Below, in pieces: positions 13,237 to 27,800 of a stretch of 64,000 bases of DNA. The DNA is from Dendrobates tinctorius (taxonomy: Eukaryota), in contig NW_027361869.1 in NCBI RefSeq assembly GCF_039654945.1, forward strand, positions 8,060,001 through 8,124,000, given 5' to 3'. The position numbers were made by a program, and so were the translations under genes. The notes beneath the pieces are model-generated. The model was not told where the DNA came from. It searched no databases and saw nothing but the letters and a program-made list of their open reading frames with translations. Position 1 is the stretch's first letter; the number at the start of each line of letters is the position of its first letter.

Positions 13237-13307
13237 CCTGTGCTACGGAGCCAAAACACAAAAATCTCCCGATAGGAAAACACTAAGGCCGGAGCTGGAG
13301 GAGTCTG

Positions 13308-13442
13308 TTATATGTACAGGCTTACTGTGCACTGATTGGCTGCTGAGCTACACCGTCCTGAGCATCTATTGGCTGACACTGCATACATGCCCCGCCTCTT
13401 CCCAGCTGAGAACGAGTGAAGCTCCGCTCTCCCCTTGTGCTT
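13308..13442 (-). promoter_or_regulatory. H1 promoter
   Basis: TATA-like CATATAA at about 13308-13314, CCAAT at 13335 and 13368, GC box at 13390, AC-box variant AAGCACA at 13436-13442. Confidence 0.7.
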
Positions 13443-16400
13443 CCCTGCCCGGAATAAAAGCCCTTTACCGGCTGACACCGGACAGCAGAGCGCGCTTCCT
13501 CCGCCGCTTCTTCTTCGCCATCTTCTCCACCGACCGTCTGTAGCTGTCACTAGCAGAGACGCCGGGGAAGAGCGGAGAGGAGGTCCCGGGATCATCGCCG
13601 TCGTCCTCCAGATCTGCACATCGCTGTGTATCCGGGAAGATACATCTGCTGGGGGAACTCGTTCCTCCTGTTCCCGGCTCCTGTCACCATCACAGGGATC
13701 TTTACTACAATGTCTATCGTACAGGACGCTGATTGTACGATGTGGGGACGACCTGGAGCTGCTGAGAGCCCAGAAGGGTAACACAGGCGATGGCTCCGCT
13801 GACTGCCGCCTCCCTGACCTGTGACCTCCCTGTACCCCGTATGTGCGGAGTATTGGGGGTGACAGATGCTCCACATCAGGAGATGATCCACATCGGCGGC
13901 TGATTGCAATGACCTGCTAAAATCTGGTCTCACCCATTGTGGAGCTGTGACCGCTGAGGCCTGTAATGGTGGAAGAGAACTGATAAGGGGCAGCTTCATA
14001 ATGCGACTCACTCCCCAACCAGACGCATCTCCGGGGAGAAAACTGTGAGATATTCCTGGATTTATGTGACCCAACTATTGTGCAAAAGGGGAATATTGGG
14101 AGAAAAGAGGAGACACAAAATGCAATTTCTACACACAGAGCACAGCTGTATAGGGATGAGGTGGTGGCACTGATCATAAAGCTCTGCAGGGATGATGTGG
14201 TGGCACTGATGATACAGGTGTGCAGGGACGAGGTGGTGGCACTGATCATACAGCTCTGCAGGGATGAGGTTGTGGCACTGATCATACAGCTCTGCAGGGA
14301 TGAGGTTGTGGCACTGATCATACAGCTCTGCGGCGACAAGGTGGTGGTACTGATCATACAGCTCTGCAGGGAATGTGTGGTGGCACTGATCATAAAGTTC
14401 TGCAGTGACGAGTTGGTAGCACTAATCATACTGCTTTTCAGGGAGGAGGTGGTGGCACTGATCATACAGCTCTGAAGGGAATGTGTGGTGGCACTGATCA
14501 TAAAGTTCTGCAGTGACGAGTTGGTAGCACTAATCATACTGCTTTTCAGGGAGGAGGTGGTGGCACTGATCATACAGCTCTGCAGGAATGAGGAGGTGGC
14601 ACTGATCATACAGCTCTGCGGGGACAAGGTGGTGACACTGATAATACACCTCTGCGGCGACAAGGTGGTGGCACTGATCATACAGCTCTGCGGGGACAAG
14701 GTGTTGGTACTGATCATACAGCTCTGCAAGGACCAGGTGGTGGCACTTATCATACAGCTCTGCAGAGAGGAGGTGGTGGCACTGATCATACACCTCTGCG
14801 GCGACAAGGTGTTGGTACTGATCATACAGCTCTGCAAGGACCAGGTGGTGGCACTTATCATACAGCTCTGCAGAGAGGAGGTGGTGGCACTGATCATGCA
14901 GCTCTGCTCGGACAATGTGGTGGCACTTATGTTACAGCTTTGCGGGGACAAGGTGGTGGCAGTGATAATACAGCTCTACAAGGATGAGGTGGTGGTACTA
15001 ATCATACAGCTCTGCAGGGAGGAGGTGGTGGCACTGATCATACAGCTCTACGGGGACAAGATGGTGGCACTGATCATAAAGCTCTGAGGGGATGACGTGG
15101 TGGCACTGATCAAATAGCTCTGCAGGGATTCGGTGGTGGCACTGATCGTACAGCTCTGCAAGGAGTTGGCGGTGGCACTGATCATACAACTTTGCGGCGA
15201 CAAGGTGGTGGCACTGATCATACAGGTCTGCAGGTAAAAGGTGGTGGCACTGAACATACAGCTCAGCGCGGACAAGATGGTAGCACTGATCAGACAGCTC
15301 TACATGGAGGAGGTTGTGGCACTGAACATACTGGTTTGCAGGGATGAGGTAGTGGCACTGATCATACAGCTGTGCCTGGATGAGGTGGTTGCACTGATCA
15401 TACAGCTCTGCAGGGAAAAGTTGGTGACACTGATCATACACCTCTGCAGCAACAAGGTGGTGGTACTGATCATACAGCTCTGCGGGGACAAGATGGTGGC
15501 ACTGATCATAAAGCTCTGCAGGGATGATGTGGTGGCACTGATCATACAGGTCTGCAGGGATGAGGTGGTAGCACTCATCATACATCTCTGCAGGGACGAG
15601 GTGGTGGCACTGGTCAAATAGCTCTGCAGGGATTAGGTGGTGGCACTGATCTTACAGCTCTGCAAGGAGTAGGCAGTGGCACTGATCATACAGCTCTGCG
15701 GGGACTAGGTGGTGGTACTGATCATACAGCTCTGTGCTGACCAACTGATGGCACTGATCATACAGCTTTGCGGTGACAATGTGGTGGCACTGATTATACA
15801 GTTCTGCGGCGACAACGTGGTAGTACTGATCATACAGCTCTGCATGGAAAGGTGGTGGCACTGCACAAGCAGCTCTGCAGGGAAACGGTGGTGGCACTGA
15901 ACATACAGCTCAGCGCGGACAAGGTGGTGGCACTGATCAGACAGCTCTACAGGGAGGAGGTGTTGGCACTGTACATACTTGCTTGCAGGGATGAGGTAGT
16001 GGCACTGATCATACACCTCTGCAGGGATGAGGTGATGGCACTGAAGATACAGCTCTGCAGGGATGAGGTGGTTGCACTGATCATAAGGCTCTGCAGGTAC
16101 AAGGTTGTGTCACTGATCTTAAAGCTCTGCAGGGATGAGGTGGTGGCACTGATCATACAGTTCTGCGGGGATCAGGTGGTGGCACTGATCATACAGCTCT
16201 GTGTGGATAAGATGGTGGCAATGATAATACAGCTCTGCAGGGAGGAGTTGGTGGCACTGATCATACAGCTCTGCAAGGATGAGGTGTTGGAACTGATCAT
16301 ACAGCTTTGCGGGGACAATGTGGTTGCACTGATTATAAATCTCTTTAGGGATAAGTTGGAGGCACTGATCATGCGGTTCTGCAAGGATGAGGTTGTGGCA

Positions 16401-17170
16401 CTGATCATACAGCTGTGCGGGGACAAGGTGGTGGTACTGATCATACAGCTCTGCAGGGAGGAGGTGGTGGCGCTGAACATACAGCTCTGCAGGGAAAAGG
16501 TGGTGGCACTGAACATACAGCTCAGCTTGGACAAGGTGGTGGTACTGATCAGACAGCTCTACAGGGAGGAGGTGGTTGCACTGATCATACACCTCTGTGG
16601 GGAGGAGGCGGTGGCACTGATCATAAGGCTCTGTAGGGACAAGGTTGTGTCACTGATCTTACAGCTCTGCAGGGATGAGGTGGTGCACTGATCATACAGT
16701 TCTGCGGGGAGGAGGTAGTGGCACTGATCACACAGATCTGCAGGGAGGAGTTGGTGGCACTGATCATAAAGCTCTGCAGGGAAAAGTTGGTGGCACTAAT
16801 CATACAGCTCTGTAGGGACGAGGTGTTGGCACTTATCATACAGCCGTGCACAGACAAGGTGGTTGCACTGATCATACATCGTTACGGGGACAATGTGGTT
16901 GCACTGATTATACATCTCTTTAGGGATAAGTTGGAGGCACTGATCATCCATTTCTGCAGGGATGAGGTTGTGGCACTGATCATACAGCTCTGCAGGGATG
17001 AGGCAGTGGCAGTAATCATACAGCTCTGCAGGGGCGAGGTGGTGGCACTGATCATACTTCTTTGTGGTGACTAGGTGGTGGTACAGATCATACAGGTCTG
17101 CAGGGATGTGTTGGCAGTACTGGTCATACTGCTCTGCAGGGAATAGATGGTGGCACTGATCATACAGTTC

Positions 17171-17422
17171 TGATGATATTGGAGACTGCGGACAGACAGT
17201 CACTGGCGTTCTGTATTACAGAGGGGTAAGGTCAGGGGAAGACGTATACAGTTGTGTGTCATCAGCATAAAGATGGTACCGAAAGCCAAATTTGCTGATG
17301 GTCTGTCCAATTGGGGCTGTATAGAGAGAGAAGAGATGGGGGCCAAGGACTGAGCCCTGAGGTACCCAGACAGCAAGAGGAAGAGGAAATGAAGTGGAGC
17401 CAGAGAACAAAACACTGAAGAA
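17171..17422 (-). mobile_element. L2 RT core fragment, copy 1
   Basis: [16 protein letters not shown]...[11 protein letters not shown]. Confidence 0.85.
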
Positions 17423-17621
17423 CTCTGCAGGGACGAGGTGGTGGCACCGATCATACAGGTCAGCAGGGACGAGGTGGTGGCACTCATTATAGAACTCTGC
17501 AGGGATGAAGTGGTGGCACTGATCATACAGCTCTGCGGGGGAGGAGGAGGTGGCACTGATCATACAGGCCAAAAATGGGGGACGGGGTATAGCATGCAGA
17601 TGGAGAGCACATTGATGCTGG

Positions 17622-17764
17622 AAAGAGCCTTTGTGTTGCAGTCAGGTGAGCAGGACAGATCTAAGCTCTCTCCCCACGGATCCAGCGGGCTAGCTGGATA
17701 TCTTTGGGCATGATGGTGACCCTCTTAGCGTGGATCGCGCACAGATTTGTGTCCTCAAACAGCC
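17622..17764 (-). pseudogene. H3: H3 3' fragment, copy 1 (33 codons, 3'UTR, half stem-loop)
   Basis: Matches 11186-11328; [33 protein letters not shown]. Confidence 0.93.
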
Positions 17765-20700
17765 AAGATGGTGGACTGATCATACAGCTCTGTAGTGACG
17801 AGGTGGTGGCACTGATCATGCAGTTCTGCAGGGATGAGGTTGTGGCACTGATCATACAGCTCGGCAGGGATGAGGTAGTGGCACAGATCATACAGCTCTG
17901 CAGGGAGGAGAGGAGGTAGTGGCACAGATCATACAGCCCTGCAGGGATGAGGTGGTGGCACTGATCATACACCTCTGCGGCGACAAGGTGGTGGCACGGA
18001 TCCTACAGCTCTGCGAGGACCAGGTGGTGGCACTGATCGTAAAGCTCTGCAGAGGTGGTGGTGGCACTGATTAGACAGCTTTGCAGGGAGTAGGTGGTGG
18101 CACTGATCATACAGCTCTGCGGGGACAAAGTGGTGGCACTTATGTTACAGCTTTGCGGGGAAAAGGTTGTGGCACTGATCATACAGCTCTGCAGGGAGGA
18201 GTTGGTGGCACTGATCATACAGCTCTGTGCTGACCAACTGGTGGCACTGATCATGCAACTTTGCGGTGACAAGGTGATGGCACTGATTATACAGTTCTGC
18301 GGTGACAAGGTGCTGGCACTGTTCATACAGGTCTGAAGGGAAAAGGAGGTGACACTGAACATACAGCTCAGCGCGGACAAGGTGGTGGCACTGATCAGAC
18401 AGCTCTACAGGGAGGAGGTGGTGGCACTGATCATACAGCTCTGTGCTGACCAACTGGTGGCACTGATCATGCAACTTTGCGGTGACAAGGTGATGGCACT
18501 GATTATACAGTTCTGCGGTGACAAGGTGGTGGCACTGATCAAACAGCTCTGCAGGGATTAGGTGGTGGCACTGATCATACAGCTCTGTGCTGACCAACTG
18601 GTGGCACTGATCATGCAACTTTGCGGTGACAAGGTGATGGCACTGATTATACAGTTCTGCGGTGACAAGGTGGTGGCACTGATCATACAGGTCTGCAGGG
18701 AAAAGGTGGTGGCACTGAACATACAGCTCAGCACGGACAAGGTGGTGGCACTGATCAGACAGCTCTACAGGGAGGAGGTTTTGGCACTGAACATCCTGGT
18801 TTGCAGGGATAAGGTAGTGGCTCTGATCATACAGCTCTGCAGGTATGAGGTGGTGGCACTGAAGATTCAGCTCTGCAGGGATGAGGTGGTTGCAATGATC
18901 ATACAGCTCTGTGGGGACAAGGTTGTGTCACTGATCTTACAGATCGGCAGGGAGTATGTGGTGGCATTGATCATTCAGCTCTGTGTGGATAAGATGGTGG
19001 CACTGATAATGCAGCTCTGCAGGGAAGAGGTGGTGACACTGATCATACAGCTCTGCAAGGACGAGGTGTTGGCACTGATCATACAGCTTTGCGGGGACAA
19101 TGTGGTTGCACTGATTATACATCTCTTTAGGGATAAGTTGGAGGCACTGATCATGCAGTTATGCAGGGATGAGGTTGTGGCACTGATCATACAGCTCTGA
19201 AGGGATGAGGTAGTGGCACAGATCACACAGCTCTGCAGGGATGAGGATGTGGCACTGATCATACAGCTCTGCGGGGACAAGGTGGTGACACTGATAATAT
19301 ACCTCTGCGGCGACAAGGTGGTGGTACTGATCATACAGCTCTGCAGAGAGGAGGTGGTGGCACTGATCATACAGCTCTGAAGGGAATAGGTGGTGGCACT
19401 GATCATAAAGTTCTGCAGTGACGAGTTGGTGGCACTAATCATACTGCTTTGCAGGGAGGAGGTGGTGGCACTGATCATACAGCTTTGCGTGGACAAGGTG
19501 GTGGCACTGATCATATAGCTCTGAGGGGATGACGTGGTGGACTGATCAAATAGCTCTGCAGGGATTAGGTGGTGGCAATGATCATACAGCTCTGCAAGGA
19601 GTAGGCGGTGGCACTGATCTTACAGCTCTGTGCTGACCAACTGGTGGCACTGATCATACAACTTTGTGGTGACAAGGTGGTGGCACTGATTATACAGTTC
19701 TGCGGCTACAAGGTGGTGGCACTGATCATACAGCTCTGCAGTGACGAGGTTGTGGCAATGATCATGCAGTTCTGCAGGGATGATTCAGTAGCACAGATCA
19801 TACAGCCCTGCAGGGATGAAAGGGTGGCACTGATCATAGAGCTCTGCAGGGAAAAGTTGGTGACACTGATCATACACCTTTGTGGCGACAAGGTGATGGT
19901 ACTGATCATACAGCTCTGCAAGGACCAGGTGGTGGCACTGATCATAAAGCTCTGCAGGGATGAGGTGGTGGCACTGATCATACAGCTCTGCAGAGAGGAG
20001 GTGGCGGCACTGATCATACACCTCTGCAGCAACAAGGTGGTGGTACTGATCATACAGCTCTGCGGGGACAAGATGGTGGCACTGATCATAAAGCTCTGCA
20101 GGGATGATGTGGTGGCACTGATCATACAGGTCTGCAGGGATGAGATAGTGGCTCAGATCATACAGCTCTACAGGGACGAGGAGGTGGCACTGATCATACA
20201 CCTCTGCGGGGACAAGGTGGTGACACTGATTATACACGTCTGTGGCGACAAGGTGCTGGTACTGATCATACAGCTCTGCAGGGAGGAGGTGGTGGCACTG
20301 ATCATACAGCTCTGAAGGGAATAGGTGGTGGCACTGATCATAAAGTTCTGCAGTGACGAGGTGGTGGCACTAATCATACTGCTTTGCAGGGAGGAGGTGG
20401 TGGCACAGATCATACAGCTCTGCAGAGAGGAGGTGGTGGCACTGATTATACAGCTTTGCAGGGAGGAGATGGTGGCACTGATCATACAGCTCTGCAGGGA
20501 GTAGGTGGTGGCACTGATCATACAGCTCTCCCGGGACAATTTGATGGCACTGATCATACAGCTCTGCTCGGACAAAGTGTTGGCACTTATGATACAGCTT
20601 TGTGGGGACAAGGTGGTGGCACTGATCATACAGCTCTGCAGTGACGAGGTCGTGGCACTGATCATGCAGTTCTGCAGGGATGATTCAGTAGCACAGATCA

Positions 20701-21328
20701 TACAGCCCTGCAGGGATGAAGTGGTGGCACTGATCATACAGCTCTGCAGGGAAAAGTTGGTGACACTGATCATACACCTCTGTGGCGACAAGGTGGTGGT
20801 ACTGATCATACAGCTCTGCAAGGACCAGGTGGTGGCACTGATTATAAAGCTCTGCAGGGATGAGGTGGTGGCACTGATCATACAGCTCTGCAGAGAGGAG
20901 GTGGTGGCACTGATTATACAGCTCTACAGGGAGGAGATGGTGGCACTGATCATACAGCTCTGTGTGGACAATTTGATGGCACTGATCATACAGCTCTGCT
21001 CGGACAAAGTAGTGGCACTTATGATACAGCTTTGCGGGGACAAGGTGGTGGCACTGAACATATAGCTCAGCGTGGACAAGGTGGTGGCTCTGATCTTAAA
21101 GCTCTACAAGGATTAGGTGGAGGTACTAATCATACAGCTCTGCAGGGAGGAGGTGGTGGCACTGATCATACAGCTCTGCGGGGACAAGATGGTGGCACTA
21201 ATCATAAAGCTCTGCAGGGATGAGGTGGTGGCACTGATCATACAGCTTTGCGTGGACAAGGTGGTGGCACTGATCATGTAGCCCTGAGCGGAGGACGTGG
21301 TGGCACTGATCATACAGCTCTGCAAGGA

Positions 21329-21499
21329 AAAAATAACTCAAAGATGGATGGGAATGAGAAATCCCACAGGATAAAAAAGATGCTACATGAATGATAAAAA
21401 TAATAACAATGATAATAATAAATGGCACAATTTTTATTTTTTTAAATAAAGATGCCTTTATTAAAATATTGACACAACAATTAAGTGCATTAAAAAAAA

Positions 21500-21543
<44 letters not shown>

Positions 21544-21850
21544 GTATACAATCACATTAGCCAAAACCAATCCATATCAAAAAGGCTTAATTAATGAACC
21601 AGGTACAAAAATGCATATATATAGTGACACAAGGATAATTACATAAAAAGAAAATAAATTTATGTATAATGAATGTGCCCAAAGTGCAGAGGTGCAGCTG
21701 TGCAAAAAATTCAAATCGCACTAAGGCGTGTGCAACAAAACACAAAGTGTAAAATACCTGTAAGCCGATTGACTCTATGTGAGTTGTATAAGAACATGCC
21801 CCGACGGGCGTTTCGGAAATAAATCTCCTTCGTCAGGTGGATAGATACGC
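21329..21850 (-). mobile_element. AT-rich insertion with (TA)n and hammerhead-like core, Penelope-like/retrozyme relic, copy 1
   Basis: Flanked by the direct repeat CTGCAAGGA; minus strand has CTGACGA-stem-GAAAC..GTC. Confidence 0.6.
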
Positions 21851-24800
21851 CTGCAAGGAGTAGGCGGTGGCACTGATCATACAGCTCTGCGGGGACTAGG
21901 TGGTGGCACTGATCATACAGCTTTGCGGTGGCAATGTGGTGGCACTGATTATACAGTTCTGCGGCGACAAGGTGGTGACACGGATCATACAGCTCTGCAT
22001 GGAAAGGTGGTGGCACTGAACAAACAGCTCTGCAGGGAAAAGGTGGTGGCACTGATGAGACAGCTCTACAGGGAGGAGGTGGTGGCACTGAACATACTTG
22101 ATTGCCGGGAAGAGGTAGTGGCACTGATTATACAGCTCTGCAGGGATGAGGTGGCGGCACTGAAGATACAGGTCTGCAGGGATGAGTTGGTTGCACTGAT
22201 CGTAAGGATCTGCAGGGACAAGGTTGTGTCACTGATCTTAAAGCTCTGCAGGGATGAGTTGTCACTGTTCATACAGTTCTGCAGGGAGGAGGTGGTGGCA
22301 CTGATCATACAGCTCTGTGTGGATAAGATGGTGGCAATGATCATACAGCTCTGCAGGGAGGAGGTGGTGGCACTGATCATACAGCTCTGTGTGGATAAGA
22401 TGGTGGCAATGATCATACAGCTCTACAGGGAGGAGGTGGTGGCACTGAACATACTTGTTTACAGGGATGAGGTAGTGGCACTGATCATACAGCTCTGCAG
22501 GGATGAGGTGGTGGCACTGACGATACAGCTCTGCAGGGATGAGGTGGTTGCACTGATCATAAAGCACTTTGGGGAGGAGGCGGTGGCACTGATCATAAGG
22601 CTCTGCAGGGACAAGGTTGTGTCACTGATCTTACAGCTCTGCATGGATGAAGTGGTGGCACTGATCATACAGTTCTGCAGGGAGGAGGTGGTGGCACTGA
22701 TCATACAGCTCTTCAGGGAGGAGGTGGTGGCACTGATCACACAGCTCTGCAGGGAGTAGGTTGTGGCACTGATAATACAGCTCTGTGTGGCTAAGATGGT
22801 GGCACTGATCATACAGCTCTGCAGGGAGGAGTTGGTGGCACTGATCATACAGCTCTGCAGGGAAGAGGAGGTGACACTTATCATACAGATCTGCAAGGAT
22901 GAGGTGTTGGCACTGATCATACAGCTTTGCGGGGACAATGTGGTTGCACTGATCATACACCTCTGCGGTGACAAGGTGGTGGTACTGATCATACAGCTCT
23001 GCATGGAGAAGGTGGTGGCACTGATCATACAGTTCTGCAGTGACGATTTGGTGGCACTAATGGTACAGCTCTGCAGGGATGAGGTAGTGGCACAGATCAT
23101 ACAGCTCTGCGGGGACAATGTGGTGACACTGATCATAGAGCCCTGCAAGGGCCAGGTGGTGGCACTGATCATAAAGATCTGCAGGGAAGAGTTGGTGGCA
23201 CTGATCATACAGCTCTGCGGGGACAATGTGGTGACACTGATCATAGAGCCCTGCAAGGGCCAGGTGGTGGCACTGATCATAAAGATCTGCAGGGAAGAGT
23301 TGGTGGCACTGATCATACAGCTCTGCAGGGACGAGGTGTTGGCACTTATCATACAGCCTTGCGCAGACAAGGTGGTGGCACTGATCATACATCTTTACGG
23401 GGACAATGTGGTTATACTGATTATACATCTCTTTAGGGATAAGTTGGAGGCACTGATCATGTGGTTCTGCAAGGATGAGGTTGTGGCACTGATCATACAG
23501 CTCTGCAGAGAGGAGGTGGTGGCACTGATCATACAGCACTGTGTGGACAATTTGATAGCACTGATCATACATCTCTGCTCGGACAAAGTGGTGGCACTTA
23601 TGATACAGCTTTGCGGGGACAAGGTGGTGGCACTGATCTTATAGCTTTGCAAGGATGAGGTGGAGGTACTAATCATACTGCTCTGCAGTGAAGAGGTGGT
23701 GGCACTGATTATACAGCTCAGCGCGGACAAGGTGGTGGCACTGATCAGACAGCTCTACAGGAAGGAGGTGGTGGCACTGAAAATACTTGTTTGCCGGGAT
23801 GAGGTAGTGGCACTGATTATACAGCTCTGCAGGGGTGAGGTGGTGGCACTGAAGATACAGTTCTGCAAGGATGAGGTGGTTGCACTGATCATAAGTCTCT
23901 GCAGGGACAAGGTTGAGTCACTGATCTTAAAGCTCTGCAGGGATGAGGTGGTGGCACTGATCATACAGTTCTGCGGGGAGGAGGTGGTGGCATTGATCAT
24001 ACAGCTCTGCAGGGAGGAGGTGGTGGCACTGATCACACAGCTCTGCAGGGAGTAGGTGGTGGCACTGATCATACAGCTCTGTGTGGATAAGATGGTGGCA
24101 ATGATCTTGCAGCTCTGCAGGGAGGAGTTGGTGGCACTGATCATACAGCTCTGCAAGGATGAGGTGTTGGCACTGATCATACAGCTTTGCGGGGACAATG
24201 TGGTTGCACTGATTATATATCTCTTTAGGGATAAGTTGGAGGCACTGATCATGCGGTTCTGCAGGGATGAGGTTGTGGCACTGATCATACAGCTCTACGG
24301 GGACAAGGTGGTGGTACTGATCATACAGCTCTGCAGGGAGGAGGTGGTGGCGCTGTACATACAGCACTGCAGGGAAAGGTGGTGGCACTGAACATACAGC
24401 TCAGCGTGGACAAAGTGGTGGTACTGATCAGACAGCTCTACAGGGAGGAGTTGGTGGCACTGAACATACAGCACTGCAGGGAAAGGTGGTCGCACTGAAC
24501 ATACAGCTCAGCACGGACATAGTGGTGGTACTGATCAGACAGCTCTACAGGGAGGAGGTGGTGGCACTGAACATACTTGTTTGCAGGGATGAGGTAGTGT
24601 CACTGATCTTACAGCTCTGCAGGGATGAGGTGGTGGCACTGAAGATACAGCTCTGCAGGGATGAGGTGGTTGCACTGATCATACAGCACTGTGGTGAGGA
24701 GGCGGTGGCACTGACCATAAGGCTCTGCAGGGACAAGGTTGTGTCACAGATCTTACAGCTCTGCAGGGATGAGGTGGTGGCACTAATTATACAGTTCAGC

Positions 24801-27800
24801 AGGGAGGAGGTAGTGGCACTGATCATACAGCTCTTCAGGGAGGAGGTGGTGGCACTGAAAACACAGCTCTGCAGGGAGAAGTTGGTGGCACTGATCATAC
24901 AGCTCTGCAGGGAAGAGGTGGTGACACTGATCATACACCTCTGCGGCCACAAGGTGGTGGTACTGATCATACAGCTCTGCAGGGAGGAGGTGGTGGCACT
25001 GATCACACAGCTCTGAAGGGAATAGGTGGTGGCACTGATCATACAGTTCTGCAGTGACGAGGTGGTGGCACTAACCATACAGTTCTGAAGTGACGAGGTG
25101 GTGGCACTAATCATACAGCTTTGCAGGGATGAGGTAGTGGCACAGATCGTACAGCTCTGCAGGGAAGAGGTGGTGACACTGATCATACAGTTTTGCAAGG
25201 ATGAGGTGTGGCACTGATCATACAGCTTTGCGGGGACAATGTGGTTGCACTGATTATATATATATATCTTTAGGGATAAGTTGGAGGCACTGATCATGCG
25301 GTTCTGCAGGGATGAGGTTGTGGCACTGATCATACAGCTCTGCGGGGACAAGGTGGTGACACTGATCATACACCTCTGCGGCGACAAGGTGGTGGTACTG
25401 ATCATACAGCTCAACAGGGAGGAGGTGGTGGCACTGATCATACAGTTCTGCAGTGATGAGGTGGTGGCACTAATCATACAGTTCTGCAGTGACGAGGTGG
25501 TGGCACAGATCATACAGCCCTGCAGGGACGAGGTGGTGGCACTGATCTTATAGCTCTGCGGGGACAAGGTGGTGACACTGATCATACACCTCTGCGGCGA
25601 CATGGTGGTGGTACGGATCATACAGCTCTGCAGGGAGGAAATGGTGGCACTGATCATGCAGCTCTGCTCGGACAAAGTGGTGGCACTTATGTTACAGCTC
25701 AGCGTGAACAAGGTGGTGGCACTGATCTTAAAGCTCTACAAGGATGAGGTGATGGTTCTAATCATACAGCTTTGCAGGGAGGAGGTGGTGGCACTGATCA
25801 TACAGCTCTGCGGGGACAAGATGGTGGCACTGATCATAAAGCTCTGCAGGGACGAGGTGGTGGCACTGATCATACAGCTTTGCGTGGACAAGGCGGTGGC
25901 ACTGATCATATAGCTCTGAGGGGATGACGTGGTGGCACTGATCAAATAGCTCTGCAGGGATTAGGTGGTGGCAATGATCATACAGCTCTGCAAGGAGTAG
26001 GCGGTGGCACTGATCATACAGCTCTGCGGGTACTAGGTGGTGGTACTGATCATACTGCTCTGTGCTGACCAACTGGTGGCACTGATCATACAACTTTGTG
26101 GTGACAAGGTGGTGGCACTGATTATACAATTCTGCGGCTACAAGGTGGAGGCACTGATCACACAGGTCTGCAGGGAAAAGGTGGTGGCACTGAACATACA
26201 GCTCAGCACGGACAAGGTGGTGGCACTGATCAGACAGCTCTACAGGGAGGAGGTTGTGGCACTGAACATACTAGTTTGCAGGGATGAGGTAGTGGCACTG
26301 ATCATACAGCTCTGCAGGTATGAGGTGGTGTCACTGAAGATACAGCTGTGCAGGGATGAGGTGGTTGCACTGATCATGCAGCTCTGTGGGGAGGAGTTGG
26401 TGGCACTGATCATGCAACTCTGCAAGGACGAGGTGTTGGCACTGATCATACAGCTTTGCGGGGACAATGTGGTTGCACTGATTATACATCTCTTTAGGGA
26501 CAAGTTGGAGGCACTGATCATGCAGTTCTGCAGGGATGAGGTTGTGGCACTGATCATACAGCTCTACAGGGATGAGATAGTGGCTCAGATCATTCAGCTC
26601 TGCAGGGACGAGGAGGTGGCACTGATCATACACCTCTGCGGGGACAATGTGGTGACACTGATTATACACGTCTGTGGCGACAAGGTGCTGGCACTGATCA
26701 TACAGCTCTGCAGGGAGGAGGTGGTGGCACTGATCATACAGCTCTGCAGGGAGGAGGTGGTGGCACTGATCATACAGCTCTGAAGGGAATAGGTGGTGGC
26801 ACTGATCATAAAGTTCTGCAGTGACGAGGTAGTGGCACTAATCATACAGCTCAGCAGGGAGGAGGTGGTGGCACTGATCATACAGCTCAGCAGGGAGGAG
26901 GTGGTGACACTGATTATACAGCTCTGCAGGGATGAGGTAGTGGCACAGATCCTACAGACCTGCAGGGACAAGGTGGTGGCACTAATCATACAGCTTTGCG
27001 GGGACAATGTGGTTGCACTGATTATACATCTCTTTAGGTATAAGTTGGAGGCACTGATCATGCGGTTCTGAAGGGATGAGGTTGTGGCACTGATCATACA
27101 GCTCTGCAGGGATGAGGTAGTGGCACAGATCATACAGCTCTGCAGGGATGAGGTAGTGGCACAGATCATACAGCTCTGCAGAGAGGAGATGGTGACACTG
27201 ATTATACAGCTTTGCAGTGAGGATATGGTGGCACTGATCATACAGCTCTGCGGGGACAATTTGATGGCACTGATCATACAGCTCTGCTCGGACAAAGTGT
27301 TGGCACTTATGATACAGCTTTGTGGGGACAAGGTGGTGGCACTGATCATACAGCTCTGCAGTGACGAGGTCGTGGCACTGATCATGCAGTTCTGCAGGGA
27401 TGATTCAGTAGCACAGATCATACTGCCCTGCAGGGATGAAGTGGTGGCACTGATCATACAGCTCTGCAGGGAAAAGTTGGTGACACTGATCATACACCTC
27501 TGTGGCGACAAGGTGGTGGTACTGATCATACAGCTCTGCAAGGACCAGGTGGTGGCATTGATCATAAAGCTCTGCAGGGATGAGGTGGTGGCACTGATCA
27601 TACAGCTCTGCAGAGAGGAGGTGGTGGCACTGATTATACAGCTTTACAGGGAGGAGATGGTGGCACTGATCATACAGCTCTGTGGGGACAATTTGATGGC
27701 ACTGATCATACAGCTCTGCTTGGACAAAGTAGTGGCACTTATGATACAGCTTTGCGGGGACAAGGTGGTGGCACTGAACATATAGCTCAGCGTGGACAAG

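Noticed and set aside
13308-14074. ORFs in the GC-rich region upstream of H1
   Set aside because: No recognisable domain; they overlap the promoter and CpG-rich spacer
21391-21594. YIYIYI-type ORFs (also at 28111 and 37454)
   Set aside because: Translations of (TA)n microsatellites
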